Assembly (NCBI GenBank): GCA_040387495.1
Contig: JAZKDQ010000003.1
Span: 124,001 to 188,000 of the forward strand
Reading direction: 5' to 3'
DNA length: 64,000 nt
Source of the DNA: Pseudomonadota bacterium
Lineage (GTDB): Bacteria > Pseudomonadota > Alphaproteobacteria > Paracaedibacterales > CAIOTO01
In this document: piece by piece, positions 1 through 10,183 of the stretch
Layout: every line of letters begins with the position of its first letter
Position numbering within the stretch: the first letter of the stretch is position 1
Position numbers and translations under genes: made by a program
The notes under the pieces: model-generated
The model's database searches: none
Told to the model about the DNA's origin: nothing
The model's input: only the letters and a program-made list of their open reading frames with translations

Positions 1-267
1 CAATATGGAATCGGAAACGGCAATTACATCAGCACGTGGTATCATAATATCGTGCGCGGTTAAATCACGTAAACTTAGAACATTTTCAAGAAGCAGGCGT
101 TCATCTGATTCAATGGACGGTACTTCTTCGTCGGTTTCTTCGATGAGCTCTTCTATTGTTTCGCGAAGGCTTGCATCATGCTCGCCTTTACGGCAATAAC
201 GCCAAAAACGTTTAAAAAACCCGCGAAGAGTTTGTGTTTTTTGATGTCGTTCAGAGACTACATTCAT
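1..267 (-). CDS. CorC/HlyC-family CBS-domain protein, N-terminal part (runs off window)
   Basis: Not in ORF track. Hand translation from ATG at 267 (ATGA overlap with ybeY stop): MNVVSERHQK...SLRETIEELIEE...ERLLLENVLSLRDLTAHDIMIPRADVIAV. Fits the usual phoH-ybeY-corC order. Confidence 0.85.
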   Translation of the reverse strand, partial: MNVVSERHQKTQTLRGFFKRFWRYCRKGEHDASLRETIEELIEETDEEVPSIESDERLLLENVLSLRDLTAHDIMIPRADVIAVSDSIL

Positions 268-773
268 AAAGATTCGATAACCTCGTATGGATTTGGGATT
301 AATAATGTGGATAAAATATCAATTTCGAGCTGTTCCATTGCTGCTGCTTCAACTTCGTTTTCATGATCGAACCCAAGCAAATGCAGCAAGCCATGTACAA
401 ACAAGTGATTTAAGTGGTTTTCAAAAGGTTTGTTTTGTTGGATAGCTTCTTCTCGAATTGTTTCCAGTGCAAAAATAATATCACCTAGCGGGATACTTTC
501 AGTGCGGGGTAGTATCTGAAGCAAATCTTTGCAGTAACCCGAAAATGAAAGTACATTTGTTGGTTTATCTTTACCGCGATAAGTTTTATTAAGATCTTTT
601 ACATAAGAATCATCTGTGAAGAGAACGCTAATTACACATTCTCTATCCCACTTTGCGGCGGACAAAGTCATTGCTGCAATTTTTTCGAACACACCTTTTT
701 CTGGCAAAGGCCACCCGTCATGTTGACATATGAGTTCTACTGTAAATGCTTGCGGTATACTGTCACTATCCAT
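264..773 (-). CDS. ybeY: rRNA maturation endoribonuclease YbeY
   Basis: LNKTYRGKDKPTNVLSF, LGDII and HGLLHLLGFDH motifs. Confidence 0.96.
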   Translation of the reverse strand: MDSDSIPQAFTVELICQHDGWPLPEKGVFEKIAAMTLSAAKWDRECVISVLFTDDSYVKDLNKTYRGKDKPTNVLSFSGYCKDLLQILPRTESIPLGDIIFALETIREEAIQQNKPFENHLNHLFVHGLLHLLGFDHENEVEAAAMEQLEIDILSTLLIPNPYEVIESL

Positions 774-1785
774 TTATGTTTGAATCACGATCATATGCTT
801 TTACAATTTTTGACACAAGCGGATGTCTTACAACATCTTCATCTGTAAATAAGGTAAAATCAATATCATCTATACCATTTAAAATACGCATAGCCTCTTG
901 TAACCCAGATGTGGTGCCTCTGGGAAGATCTATTTGCGTTAAATCACCATTTATTACCATTCTAGCGTTGCTTCCAAGACGCGTTAAGAACATTTTCATC
1001 TGCATTGGGGTTGTATTTTGTGCTTCATCTAAAATTACAAATGCATTTGCTAGCGTTCGTCCACGCATGAAAGCTAGAGGCGCAATTTCAATTTCACCGC
1101 TTGCAATCATTTTTACCACTTGTTCTGGCGGTAACATATCATTTAAAGCATCGTATAAAGGACGAAGATACGGATCTACTTTTTCACGCATGTCACCAGG
1201 CAAGAAACCAAGGTGCTCGCCTGCTTCAACAGCTGGGCGTGATAAAATGATTTTATCAACTTTTCCACTTAATAATAAAGATACACCCGCTGCAACAGCG
1301 AGATATGTTTTGCCAGTACCTGCTGGCCCTATTCCAAACACCATATCAAACTTTTGCATAGCCTGGATGTACTGACTTTGTCTTTGTGTGCGCGGAAATA
1401 TAATACGTCGCTTTGTTTGAATAGAAACTTCACCATGAAGACCTGCATTTGATTCAGTTGATGTTTCTGTACCATTTTTTTCTGGTTTAAAAGTCGCATC
1501 ATCAGACATGTACGTATGCGATGCGTGATGAATTGCGGAATCAACTTCTGCAATATCAACCATCTGTTGCTTTTGCAGCTTTTGATAAAGGTAGAGAAGC
1601 GCTTTGCTGGCATAAGAAACTTCTGGTTCAGTACCTGTAATAGCAACATGGTTTCCACGCAGCGCAATGCTTATACCAAGACGTTGTTCAATTCGCAAAA
1701 TATGTTTATCTTGTGGACCTACTAATTCACTTAATAAATGATTATCAGAAAATTCTATTTGCTGTGTAAAATCACCTTTTGACAA
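766..1785 (-). CDS. phoH: PhoH-family ATPase
   Basis: GPAGTGKT, RPAVEAGE, APLAFMRGRT, DEAQN, DVVRH; TTG start with upstream AGGAG. Confidence 0.95.
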   Translation of the reverse strand: MSKGDFTQQIEFSDNHLLSELVGPQDKHILRIEQRLGISIALRGNHVAITGTEPEVSYASKALLYLYQKLQKQQMVDIAEVDSAIHHASHTYMSDDATFKPEKNGTETSTESNAGLHGEVSIQTKRRIIFPRTQRQSQYIQAMQKFDMVFGIGPAGTGKTYLAVAAGVSLLLSGKVDKIILSRPAVEAGEHLGFLPGDMREKVDPYLRPLYDALNDMLPPEQVVKMIASGEIEIAPLAFMRGRTLANAFVILDEAQNTTPMQMKMFLTRLGSNARMVINGDLTQIDLPRGTTSGLQEAMRILNGIDDIDFTLFTDEDVVRHPLVSKIVKAYDRDSNING

Positions 1786-1841
1786 TGTAATTCTCCTATA
1801 GGTTGTTCATGCACTTAAATATTTCATTATAGCCTAATTTA

Positions 1842-2432
1842 TCAACTACTTTGCTTTGGGTTACCACTTGAAAACCCAGCTTCGAGGGCACCCATTGATG
1901 GTGCTCGTGCATCTTTTTCTGTAGAAAGCGTATTTGAAAGATTTGCTTGTGGCATTCCATCTGCAATTTTCTTTTCGATTTCTTCAATTCGAGTGGATTC
2001 ATTTTTCATATTTTTTAAATCAGTGTCATTTGCGATTTTTTTGCGTATTGGTAAATTTTTGCTATCATCTGGTTTTGATGGTTCTTCTGCCTGGGGGAAA
2101 GGTGCAATTTTGTCTGCAACAGCGTTTAAGTCTACCGTTGGCTTTGGCGCTTCGCCACCACGAGGCCCAGCGAACTCTAAATGTAATTTTTCAGATACTT
2201 TTGCATCTTTACGAATGAGCTCAGCACTATCCTTGTTTGTTCTTTCAGTGACAGAATCATATTCTGGTTTGGAAAGAAACTTTCCAACAGAAGAAAAAAC
2301 ATCACTTATCGCAGATCCAATGTTACTAAACAGTCCGGATGGTTGCAGTTTTGCATCTGTTGATGAAAAAACTGGAGTCGCGGTACTAAGGGAAAGCATT
2401 ATGCTTAAAGAAGCGAGCATGGAATGATACAT
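1842..2432 (-). CDS. hypothetical secreted protein
   Basis: 196-aa ORF with signal-peptide-like N-terminus; no family recognised. Confidence 0.7.
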   Translation of the reverse strand: MYHSMLASLSIMLSLSTATPVFSSTDAKLQPSGLFSNIGSAISDVFSSVGKFLSKPEYDSVTERTNKDSAELIRKDAKVSEKLHLEFAGPRGGEAPKPTVDLNAVADKIAPFPQAEEPSKPDDSKNLPIRKKIANDTDLKNMKNESTRIEEIEKKIADGMPQANLSNTLSTEKDARAPSMGALEAGFSSGNPKQSS

Positions 2433-2483
2433 AGGTGATGTAGCCTAATTGATTATCTATAATTAAATGATAGCAGAAAGAAT

Positions 2484-2498
2484 TTAACAAAGAATTAA
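2484..2498. promoter_or_regulatory. CtrA-type box TTAA-caaagaa-TTAA (second match at 2566-2580)
   Basis: Exact TTAA-N7-TTAA, 52 bp upstream of the start at 2432. Confidence 0.55.
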
Positions 2499-2623
2499 GA
2501 ATTTTCATCAATTTTAAGGCATTCTAAATGGATGTTTTGAGAAGAGTATCATGGATTTTTTAATATTAACAATATTTTAATTTTTAATCTTTATAAATAT
2601 ATTTAATAAGATATTATGTGTTA

Positions 2624-3637
2624 TTATTTACTTCTGCACTTGCTGTCTTTATAATGGCAGCCTGATACTTTTTTGCAGAGACTTTTCTCTAATTTTTCAC
2701 ACATAAACAAGCATTTATGTTTTTTCTGTTTTGGTACGCGGCCCCATGAGCAATGTTTTGAATGTGTATTGCACTCATTCTGATTTCCGCTTTTTTTGCA
2801 CTTTTTTGCCAATTTCTGCGATTTTTTTAAGTTAGTAAAGTCGGAATCATTCGCAAGGGAGGTTTCTTTTTCTTTTTCTTTTGGTTGATTTATATTGAGC
2901 ACTAAAGGAGATAGATCTACGATTGACTGAACATTTAGTTTCATTTCTTCGGTATCTTTTTTTGATTTTAGTTCTTCTTGCTTAAGCTTTTCTTGCATTT
3001 CTTTAATCGCACGTGCACGTTGTTGTGCTGCAAATTTTTGAGCTTCTAATTGCAGTTTAAGTTGAGCCTGTAACTGAATTAATACATTCTCTTTTTCTTT
3101 TAAGAGTTCTATATTGTCTTTTATTACGTAGTCATATTCTTTTTTATGTTTAATTTCAAGTTCTTCATTTGTTTTCTGAATTTCACTTGCTAATGAACTA
3201 CTTGCTCCTACTGCTTGAGTGGATGCGGTTTGCGTGCTTGCTGCTTGAGTGGATACTGCTTGTGTGGATGTAGCAGCTTGAATGGCAGCGAGTTGATAGG
3301 CTGCAGCAAGTGGTTGGATAGTAGTTGACTGTGCTTGAAAATTTATTTGCGGCAATGTGGTTGCTACAAATGGAACAAATGGAGCCGCAGGAGGAGTAGG
3401 TGCAACTGGCAGAATTGGAGCAATAGGTGCAATAGGTTGTAATATGGGAGTGCTTGTGATTGGTGCAAAAGGCGGGGCTATGACTGGGCTAGGTGCTATG
3501 GGTGTGATGCTTGGGATTATTACTGGTGCAGGTGCTGGAGACACAATAGGTGATCCAGCGTCCGCAACAGTTAGCATTGACGCAAAATTAAGAACAATAA
3601 TATAAAGTACACATTTCAATAACATAGCTTTTTTCAT
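2624..3637 (-). CDS. secreted protein: Pro/Ile-rich region, coiled coil, Cys-rich basic C-terminus
   Basis: Signal-like N-terminus, PIAP repeats, Q/K/E-rich helix, eight Cys in the last ~60 aa. Confidence 0.8.
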   Translation of the reverse strand: MKKAMLLKCVLYIIVLNFASMLTVADAGSPIVSPAPAPVIIPSITPIAPSPVIAPPFAPITSTPILQPIAPIAPILPVAPTPPAAPFVPFVATTLPQINFQAQSTTIQPLAAAYQLAAIQAATSTQAVSTQAASTQTASTQAVGASSSLASEIQKTNEELEIKHKKEYDYVIKDNIELLKEKENVLIQLQAQLKLQLEAQKFAAQQRARAIKEMQEKLKQEELKSKKDTEEMKLNVQSIVDLSPLVLNINQPKEKEKETSLANDSDFTNLKKSQKLAKKCKKSGNQNECNTHSKHCSWGRVPKQKKHKCLFMCEKLEKSLCKKVSGCHYKDSKCRSK

Positions 3638-3680
3638 AAAATTACCACGTCTGGATAATTTAACTATAGGGCATCATGTA

Positions 3681-3695
3681 TTAACAAAAAATTAA
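3681..3695. promoter_or_regulatory. CtrA-type box TTAA-caaaaaa-TTAA
   Basis: Exact TTAA-N7-TTAA, 44 bp upstream of the start at 3637. Confidence 0.55.
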
Positions 3696-3836
3696 GATCG
3701 TTCAAATTAAATTGATTTTTTAATTGTTTTTAATAAAGATTGATTAGTTGAAAAACGTCTATGTTAATGTGCTGACTTAAATTGTGTTTAGCTTAAACAT
3801 AAAATGGAGGTCATTGCTATGTCTGCTTTTTCCACT

Positions 3837-4160
3837 TTAAAAAGGTAACTTCATGCCACCAGGCAAAGACAAACCACCCGTTAATTTTGACATCTCAGAT
3901 GATGCTTGGTTGTCAGCCTTTGATTTTGCATCATGAACAGCTGCAATAATTAAATCCTCAAGCATTTCAACTTCTGCAGGATCCATTAAAGACGAGTCAA
4001 TTTTGATTCTTTTTAAATCACCTTTTCCAGTAACCATAGCTTTTACCATGCCACCGCCGGATGCACCTTCAACTTCAACTAAATCAAGCTGTTTTTGCAT
4101 GTCATCCATTTGCTTTTGTAATTTTTGGGCTTGTTGTAACATTTGACTCATTCCGCGCAT
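3837..4160 (-). CDS. ybaB: YbaB/EbfC nucleoid-associated protein
   Basis: MLQQAQKLQ..VEGASGGGMVK..EMLEDLIIAA..GGLSLPGGMKLPF; directly downstream of dnaX. Confidence 0.95.
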   Translation of the reverse strand: MRGMSQMLQQAQKLQKQMDDMQKQLDLVEVEGASGGGMVKAMVTGKGDLKRIKIDSSLMDPAEVEMLEDLIIAAVHDAKSKADNQASSEMSKLTGGLSLPGGMKLPF

Positions 4161-5842
4161 ATGCTATTCTCCGTTCGGGTTATGGTTGAATTTGGAAATA
4201 CCTTTAAGAAGTTATTTAAAAATGGATCTTCTTTTGCCTCATTGAGGCTTCTTAATAAGGCTTCTTTTTGATTGTCGGCGATTGTGCGGCCTGCAACATC
4301 AGATGTGATATTGAGTGTCCAATCAATTCCAGTATATTTTTTTAGTGCTGCGCGCAGTTGTGCGGGTAGTTGCCCTAACCGTGTCATGTCCATGTTCATA
4401 TTGATTTCACCAATACGATAATTTGTGGAACGCACGTCATGGGTGAGGTGCGCAGCAAGAAGTAGTTCTCGTTTCTCATGAAAAAGTTCTACAAGTGCTT
4501 CAAATGATTGGGGAAGATCCGCATGATGATTTAGAGTTGTTGTGCTTAGATCAACGACATGAGAATGAACAGCCCGTGCTGCAGCAGGTGTTGCTGGCGC
4601 AGAAGGTGTGGCAGGCGAAGAAGAGAAGGGGATTGTAGGGGCAGATGAGCCACTTGGGGGATTACCCTGGCTTCCACCAGAGGTCATTGTTTCTACAATT
4701 TTATCAATAGATGGCAATGTGTTAATGTGGCAAAAACGAATGAGAACCATTTGGCACGCTTGCTTTTGGAGTGGGTTCTTTTGAATTTCTTCATACCCTT
4801 TTGAGAGTACTTGCCATGCGCGTGCCAACGAGGAAATACCCAAATTTTCAAGTATAGCAGAGCCTCGATTAAGCTCTTCTTGCGGCCATGTTGGATCATT
4901 TTTCATCTTTGGCAGTGTTTTAAGGCAGGTAAGCCAATAAATGCTCTCCAATAGTTCTTGCATGAGTAAAAGCGGGTCGATGCCATCATGAAAAAGGATA
5001 TCAGTTAGGTTTATTAAATCGTCCGTTTTTCCCTCAAATAGTGATTTTAGTAAGGTAAATAAGTGTCCGCGATCAGTGGCACCCAACATTTTCCGTACGA
5101 GATCTTCTGTAACACCTTCGGCATTGTTTGCTAAAGACAGTGCAATGGCTTGATCAAGTAATGAAAGTGCATCACGCATTGATCCATCACCAGCGCGTGC
5201 AATATGGCCTAGGGCTTCGTTTGATGCTGTAACGCCTTCTTGACGGCATAAATCAGCGATGTACATTAAAATTGTTGCTGGCTCAATACGTTTAAGATCA
5301 AATCGCATGCAGCGTGATAAAATTGTATCGGGGATTTTACGAATTTCGGTTGTAGCAAAAATAAATTTAACGTGCGCTGGTGGTTCTTCTAATGTTTTTA
5401 ACAGTGCATTAAATGCACTTTTTGACAACATGTGAACTTCGTCGATGATGAAGATTTTAAAGCGACCTTTGACGGCTTTATAGCGTGCTGATTCAACAAT
5501 TTCCCGAACATCATCGACACCTGTTCGACTAGCTGCGTCCATTTCAATAACGTCTAGGTGACGGTCATCAGCGATGTCTTTACATGAAGCGCAGACGCCG
5601 CATGGATTGGGTGTGATTGGGCCATTACCGTCTTCGCCAACGCAGTTGAGTGCACGCGCGATAATACGGGCAGTTGTTGTTTTGCCGACTCCGCGGATAC
5701 CATGGAGTAAAATCGCATGGGGCAGGTGATTTTGTTGAATAGCTTCAGTAAGTGTTGATTGAAGAAGGTCTTGCCCAACTAAGTCGGCAAGTCGCGTAGG
5801 GCGATAGCGCCTGGCGAGTACTGTGTACGCTTTTTGAGTCAT
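4148..5842 (-). CDS. dnaX: DNA polymerase III subunit gamma/tau
   Basis: VLARRYRP, GIRGVGKTT, PCGVCASC, EMDAASRTGVDD, DEVHML, FNALLKTLEEPP, SRC. Confidence 0.97.
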   Translation of the reverse strand: MTQKAYTVLARRYRPTRLADLVGQDLLQSTLTEAIQQNHLPHAILLHGIRGVGKTTTARIIARALNCVGEDGNGPITPNPCGVCASCKDIADDRHLDVIEMDAASRTGVDDVREIVESARYKAVKGRFKIFIIDEVHMLSKSAFNALLKTLEEPPAHVKFIFATTEIRKIPDTILSRCMRFDLKRIEPATILMYIADLCRQEGVTASNEALGHIARAGDGSMRDALSLLDQAIALSLANNAEGVTEDLVRKMLGATDRGHLFTLLKSLFEGKTDDLINLTDILFHDGIDPLLLMQELLESIYWLTCLKTLPKMKNDPTWPQEELNRGSAILENLGISSLARAWQVLSKGYEEIQKNPLQKQACQMVLIRFCHINTLPSIDKIVETMTSGGSQGNPPSGSSAPTIPFSSSPATPSAPATPAAARAVHSHVVDLSTTTLNHHADLPQSFEALVELFHEKRELLLAAHLTHDVRSTNYRIGEINMNMDMTRLGQLPAQLRAALKKYTGIDWTLNITSDVAGRTIADNQKEALLRSLNEAKEDPFLNNFLKVFPNSTITRTENSICAE

Positions 5843-5850
5843 TCGATTAC

Positions 5851-5966
5851 CAATTCCATAAATGGTCGATTAATGCGTTGACCATCGGATTCTGCGCAAC
5901 GATTGTACGAGTGTACACTCCGTCCTTAAACCTCAGTCGCCTATTACTCGACCATTTCTGAAACTG
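5851..5966. repeat. palindromic MITE/RPE-like element, copy 1
   Basis: Imperfect 22-bp terminal inverted repeats and an internal tgtac-gagt-gtaca hairpin; right end matches 35479-35500 at 21/22. Confidence 0.7.
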
Positions 5967-6023
5967 GCACTGTTTCATGTTCATGCGCAGAGTAATTTTA
6001 TGATCATTCAATCTAAATTTCAG

Positions 6024-6122
6024 TGGAAGATCACGCACATAACCCACGCTTGCTTGCTTCGGCTGCTTTCTTCCGAACCTGACCGGATTCACAAGTAGAC
6101 ATGACTATCTGCAGATCTTCCA
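6024..6122 (-). ncRNA. ffs: signal recognition particle (4.5S) RNA
   Basis: Minus strand has CCGGTCAGGTTCGGAAGAAAGCAGCC (domain IV, GGAA loop) closed by the ggaagatc/gatcttcc terminal stem; upstream of dnaX. Confidence 0.92.
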
Positions 6123-6260
6123 GAGGTACTATAACAAACCCAATGGTGAAGCGCTATAAAAAAGCGTGAACTAATTCACGTAGGGTTAGTAGATTCTTAA
6201 AAAATATTGGTTTTAATTAAAAATGATGCAATCATAGATTTAGCCGTAAATTGTATCTGT

Positions 6261-7463
6261 ATGAGGTGTTTTGTGTTCTTGTGGAAAATTGTATTTGCAT
6301 GCACAGTTTTTGTAAGTTTTTTTGTTTCTAATATATTTGCATTAGAAGGCTCTGAATTACGCCAACATGAGCATATGCATAATATCGTTTGGGGTTCTGA
6401 TGTTGAAAATAATGATTCTGTATCAAAAGAAATAAGGCAAGATGATGCATATCAGCGTATTTGTGAATTGTATGATGAACATATGTTTATTGCATCTCCA
6501 TTGTATGAAAACAATAATAATTTTTATATCACTATTGTTTTTGGGCTTTTGACGGATTTTTGGGGAAGGCCGATTTATGATCATGCGGCTTTGTTATGCG
6601 AATATTATGATGATGAGAATAAAAAAATATCTGCAAATATGTATCATTTAACCATGAGAGATGATTGGATAACGGATGAGCTGGTCTACAACCTTGGTTA
6701 TAGTTATAGGGGCTATAAAATAGAGGAACAACCCAAAGAAAAAATTGTTGAACTTATGATGTGTCACCCCAAATACAAAAGCAAATACGTTCGTTATCAT
6801 CCATATAAAACGTTTAGAATTGCTAAAACAGAAAAGACAATAGCTGTAATAGATAAGTTAAAGGAATTATCACAACAAAAGTACTATGCATATTCTCTTT
6901 ATGGCGTGCGCTCTGCATCGAATAAGGTTTTGAAAGGCAAGCATAATTGTATATCTTTTATAACAGACATTTTATGGCAATTTGGTGTTTTTCAAGATAG
7001 CTATACACTTAATGACGTTTTAGGGTATTCAAATGCATATCCATTAGAAGTGTTATCGCCATACGCATGGTTGCATGGGTTAACAAGGCGAGTAATACGA
7101 ATACCGGAAACGCTGAAGCATTTAATTGATAATCCTGAAATGATTCGAAATGAATGTGAATTTAAAGTGCATCCCGCAGCAACTATGGAAAATCATAGGC
7201 CTATACGCCATGGAAATGCTTATGCTTTGGTCAATGAAATTTTAAGGGGAAATACTGCAAAAGCCATGCTTATAAACAATGGTTTGATTGACCTGGATAC
7301 CCAAATTGGTGATGAGTTACAGAATTTAAAAGAACCAGGAGAAACTAAAGAAAAAAAGAGTAATGATGGTGGCAAGCCATCTGTATCAAAAATTAACGAT
7401 GGTAGTAGTTATGCAAAAAATCCTGGGAATACTTATTCTTTTTATGGGGTAACTTGTTTTTAA
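6261..7463 (+). CDS. secreted hypothetical protein, possible permuted papain-fold (PPPDE/NlpC-P60-like) peptidase
   Basis: Signal-like N-terminus from ATG 6261; YDHAALL precedes YSLYG...KHNCISF. The ORF is solid, the function is tentative. Confidence 0.6.
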   Translation: MRCFVFLWKIVFACTVFVSFFVSNIFALEGSELRQHEHMHNIVWGSDVENNDSVSKEIRQDDAYQRICELYDEHMFIASPLYENNNNFYITIVFGLLTDFWGRPIYDHAALLCEYYDDENKKISANMYHLTMRDDWITDELVYNLGYSYRGYKIEEQPKEKIVELMMCHPKYKSKYVRYHPYKTFRIAKTEKTIAVIDKLKELSQQKYYAYSLYGVRSASNKVLKGKHNCISFITDILWQFGVFQDSYTLNDVLGYSNAYPLEVLSPYAWLHGLTRRVIRIPETLKHLIDNPEMIRNECEFKVHPAATMENHRPIRHGNAYALVNEILRGNTAKAMLINNGLIDLDTQIGDELQNLKEPGETKEKKSNDGGKPSVSKINDGSSYAKNPGNTYSFYGVTCF

Positions 7464-7482
7464 TTGCTTCTTCGAAGAGTGT

Positions 7483-7692
7483 TTAAGTAGAAAGCGATGT
7501 GTCCGCTTCTTTATTAATCACGCGAGCCTCTGTCACCAACATAATGGGAATTCCATTGCGAATGGGGTAAGCAAGCCCTGCAACGTCACTGATAAGTTCT
7601 TGCGCCTTTTCATCATAAATAAGCCGTGTGCGGGTAACTGGACATACAAGGATTGAAAGAAGTGCTGGATCTGTTGGCATGATGTATCTCAA
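7483..7692 (-). CDS. Trm112/YcaR-family protein
   Basis: [36 protein letters not shown]. Confidence 0.92.
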   Translation of the reverse strand: MRYIMPTDPALLSILVCPVTRTRLIYDEKAQELISDVAGLAYPIRNGIPIMLVTEARVINKEADTSLST

Positions 7693-7725
7693 TTATTATT
7701 CCATATTGGTGCATTCTAAGGTAGA

Positions 7726-8223
7726 TTGTGGTCAACAACAAGTAGGAATAATTTTATGGCAATCGTGATTTTTTCACTTGGTAGCAATATTGGTAATCGA
7801 GAGCTCAACCTTGAACAAGCATGTATGGGCTTGCAAGAATTTATGGCTGACTTTAAGGCATCACATGTAATTGAAACGGCGCCCTTGTATGTGACTGATC
7901 AACCTGTGTTTTTAAATCAGGTGGTTATGGGAAACACGAATCTTGCTCCCACTGAAATTGTTGTCTTGACAAAAGCTTTGCAGCAGCAAATTGGGCGCAT
8001 CAAAACGTATCAAAATGGTCCGCGTGAAATTGATATTGATATACTCTATTATGATGATTTTATTATCAATACTGATGATCTTGTAATTCCCCATCCACGG
8101 ATAGCAGAGCGCTTATTTGTGTTAGAACCTTTATGTGAGTTGGTGCCTGATTGGGTTTGTCCTGTAACGTATAAAAGTGTGCAGGTGATTTTGGATGAGT
8201 TGGTACAACGGGAAAGCATATAA
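7726..8223 (+). CDS. folK: 6-hydroxymethyl-7,8-dihydropterin pyrophosphokinase
   Basis: SLGSNIG, QPVFLNQV, GPREIDIDIL, IPHPRIAERLFVLEPL; true start probably ATG ~7756. Confidence 0.95.
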   Translation: MWSTTSRNNFMAIVIFSLGSNIGNRELNLEQACMGLQEFMADFKASHVIETAPLYVTDQPVFLNQVVMGNTNLAPTEIVVLTKALQQQIGRIKTYQNGPREIDIDILYYDDFIINTDDLVIPHPRIAERLFVLEPLCELVPDWVCPVTYKSVQVILDELVQRESI

Positions 8224-8297
8224 ATTCTTATGCTGCAAAGTCGGTGAGTGATGAATCAGCCTTATATGAATTCACCGAAAATTCTCAGAATTTTTTG

Positions 8298-8342
8298 AAA
8301 AAAAGACGTGATATTTTTGACACCTAGGTCTAATATCACGTC
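8298..8342 (-). terminator. intrinsic terminator of the lipoprotein gene
   Basis: gacgtgatatt...aatatcacgtc stem followed by a T run on the minus strand. Confidence 0.7.
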
Positions 8343-8428
8343 CTCATATTATTAATAAGTGTTTGTTTTAATATCAATATTCAAAACAAGTTCTTTTTAA
8401 AAATTTACACAATAAATAATAGGTGATC

Positions 8429-8989
8429 CTATTTTATAACGTGCCCTGTATCTTTATTTGCATTAAATCTAGAAAATATTGCTTCTTCAATTTCTTTATC
8501 CAAAGCATTAATAAGCTGTGTAATAAGTGCATGCATTATAGTCTTGTGTTCACCATCAGACATGTTTGAAGGTGCATATTTGTGAGTTGCAACTTTTGCT
8601 TCAGCATACGATAAAAGTGCACCGTTTTTATCAAGGAAATTTATCATAACATTAAGTTTCCCATCAAGCGCTTCTCCATTGCCTGCATCAGGAATTTTAG
8701 TTATGGATGCTTCTCTTACAGTGATTTGTGCTACTCCATCTTGACTAACAGGAAGCAATCTTACTTTTGCCCACTTTTCAATCCCTTGCACTAGTGTTTT
8801 AGAAAATAATTGGTCTGATTCTGCAGTTTTGGAATACGCATTGAAGTCCTGAACCACAGTAATAGAATGAGCATTAATTGGTATCTGTGATTTTTTTTCG
8901 TATTTTGAGTCAATATCCGACACTCTATCGCAAGCGGTTGCTAGTAAACTTAGTGTTAATAGTAGTAAATATGATTTGTTTTTCATCAT
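8429..8989 (-). CDS. putative lipoprotein
   Basis: Lipobox-like LLATAC after a basic then hydrophobic N-terminus. Confidence 0.75.
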   Translation of the reverse strand: MMKNKSYLLLLTLSLLATACDRVSDIDSKYEKKSQIPINAHSITVVQDFNAYSKTAESDQLFSKTLVQGIEKWAKVRLLPVSQDGVAQITVREASITKIPDAGNGEALDGKLNVMINFLDKNGALLSYAEAKVATHKYAPSNMSDGEHKTIMHALITQLINALDKEIEEAIFSRFNANKDTGHVIK

Positions 8990-9390
8990 TTAGTTCCTTT
9001 ATGAATTTTGTATATTTTAAATATTTCTTCTAAAATATATATCTATATATTTTTATATTAATACTTTAATTACTATAAAAACGTTTGTAATTGGACTGTA
9101 GGCGCTATGGATATTTTTGTCAACGACTATAAAAATCGATAAAGCTATTTCAAGGTTGAGGATTGTTATAAGGTTAGGGATTGTTGTTCCTAAAAGAACG
9201 CTAAACTTTATATAGTTTTTATTAAAAATAAAATGAAAGTCTAAAATAAATTTACATAAGCAGAAAAAGACCAAGTGCGCCCAAAAAACAACACTCAAAA
9301 TAAAAAGGCTATCTGCGGCGCGTATTTCATAGCGCTTAATGCACAATAAACTTATATATATAATATATAGAAATAAAAGGTATATTTATA

Positions 9391-10122
9391 ATGAAGAAAT
9401 CAATAATTACAGCAGCAATTATAACTGCAACTACATTTGTAGCAAACGCATCATCAAAATCATTTGATGGTGCTTATCTTGGTGCACAAGCTGGTTTTGT
9501 AAAAAGCCATACTAAAACGGCTATCACGCAAGAAACATATAAGGCTAACCTCGCAACTCGGTATGCGAATCCAGGTAGTGCACGAAATAATACAACTGGT
9601 TTCCTTTTTGGTACTTATTTTGGTTATGGTCGCACCTTTAATGGTAATTCAAATGGTGCTTTGTACTTCGGTGGTGAAGGATCACTTCTTGGTGATACTT
9701 TGAATCGCACGACAACTACTAATCTAACTGAAACGACAGGTACCAATACATTCAAAAACACAACTAAATTCAAACGTGGATTAGTTTTTGGATTTGCACC
9801 TCGGTTAGGTTACGTTTTTGGTGAAAATTTAGTTTATGTCAAGCCAGGCATTGAAATAAGCCGCGATAGAGTTGAAATCGATTCAACTGAAACGTCTAAC
9901 AATGCACATATTGGAAGCCATAATAAAACTAAAATGAATGTTGTATTTGCACCAGCTTTTGGATACGAACGTGCACTGGGCAAAGTTCTTGTTCGTGCTG
10001 AATACACCTATAATCTTGGTAAAAAAGTTTCTGTTGTTCAATCTGATAGTACTTTAGGCGAATTGGGAACAGCTTCCTATCAAGACCATCGCTTTGTAAT
10101 AGGTGCTGCTTACAAGTTCTAG
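9391..10122 (+). CDS. outer-membrane beta-barrel protein (Omp25/RopB-like)
   Basis: Signal peptide, FDGAYLGAQAG, LVRAEY, C-terminal IGAAYKF beta-signal. Confidence 0.85.
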   Translation: MKKSIITAAIITATTFVANASSKSFDGAYLGAQAGFVKSHTKTAITQETYKANLATRYANPGSARNNTTGFLFGTYFGYGRTFNGNSNGALYFGGEGSLLGDTLNRTTTTNLTETTGTNTFKNTTKFKRGLVFGFAPRLGYVFGENLVYVKPGIEISRDRVEIDSTETSNNAHIGSHNKTKMNVVFAPAFGYERALGKVLVRAEYTYNLGKKVSVVQSDSTLGELGTASYQDHRFVIGAAYKF

Positions 10123-10147
10123 TTTATAAGACTCCTAAATTCTACAG

Positions 10148-10183
10148 AAAAGAGGCCTGTGATTAATGCCACGGGCTTTTTTT
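10148..10183 (+). terminator. intrinsic terminator
   Basis: ggcctgtg...cacgggct stem plus T run, just after the OMP stop. Confidence 0.75.

Noticed and set aside
5847..6092. 81-aa minus-strand ORF upstream of dnaX
   Set aside because: Overlaps SRP RNA and the palindromic element; no protein features.
9053..9346. 97-aa hydrophobic minus-strand ORF
   Set aside because: AT-rich divergent promoter region; composition typical of a spurious ORF.
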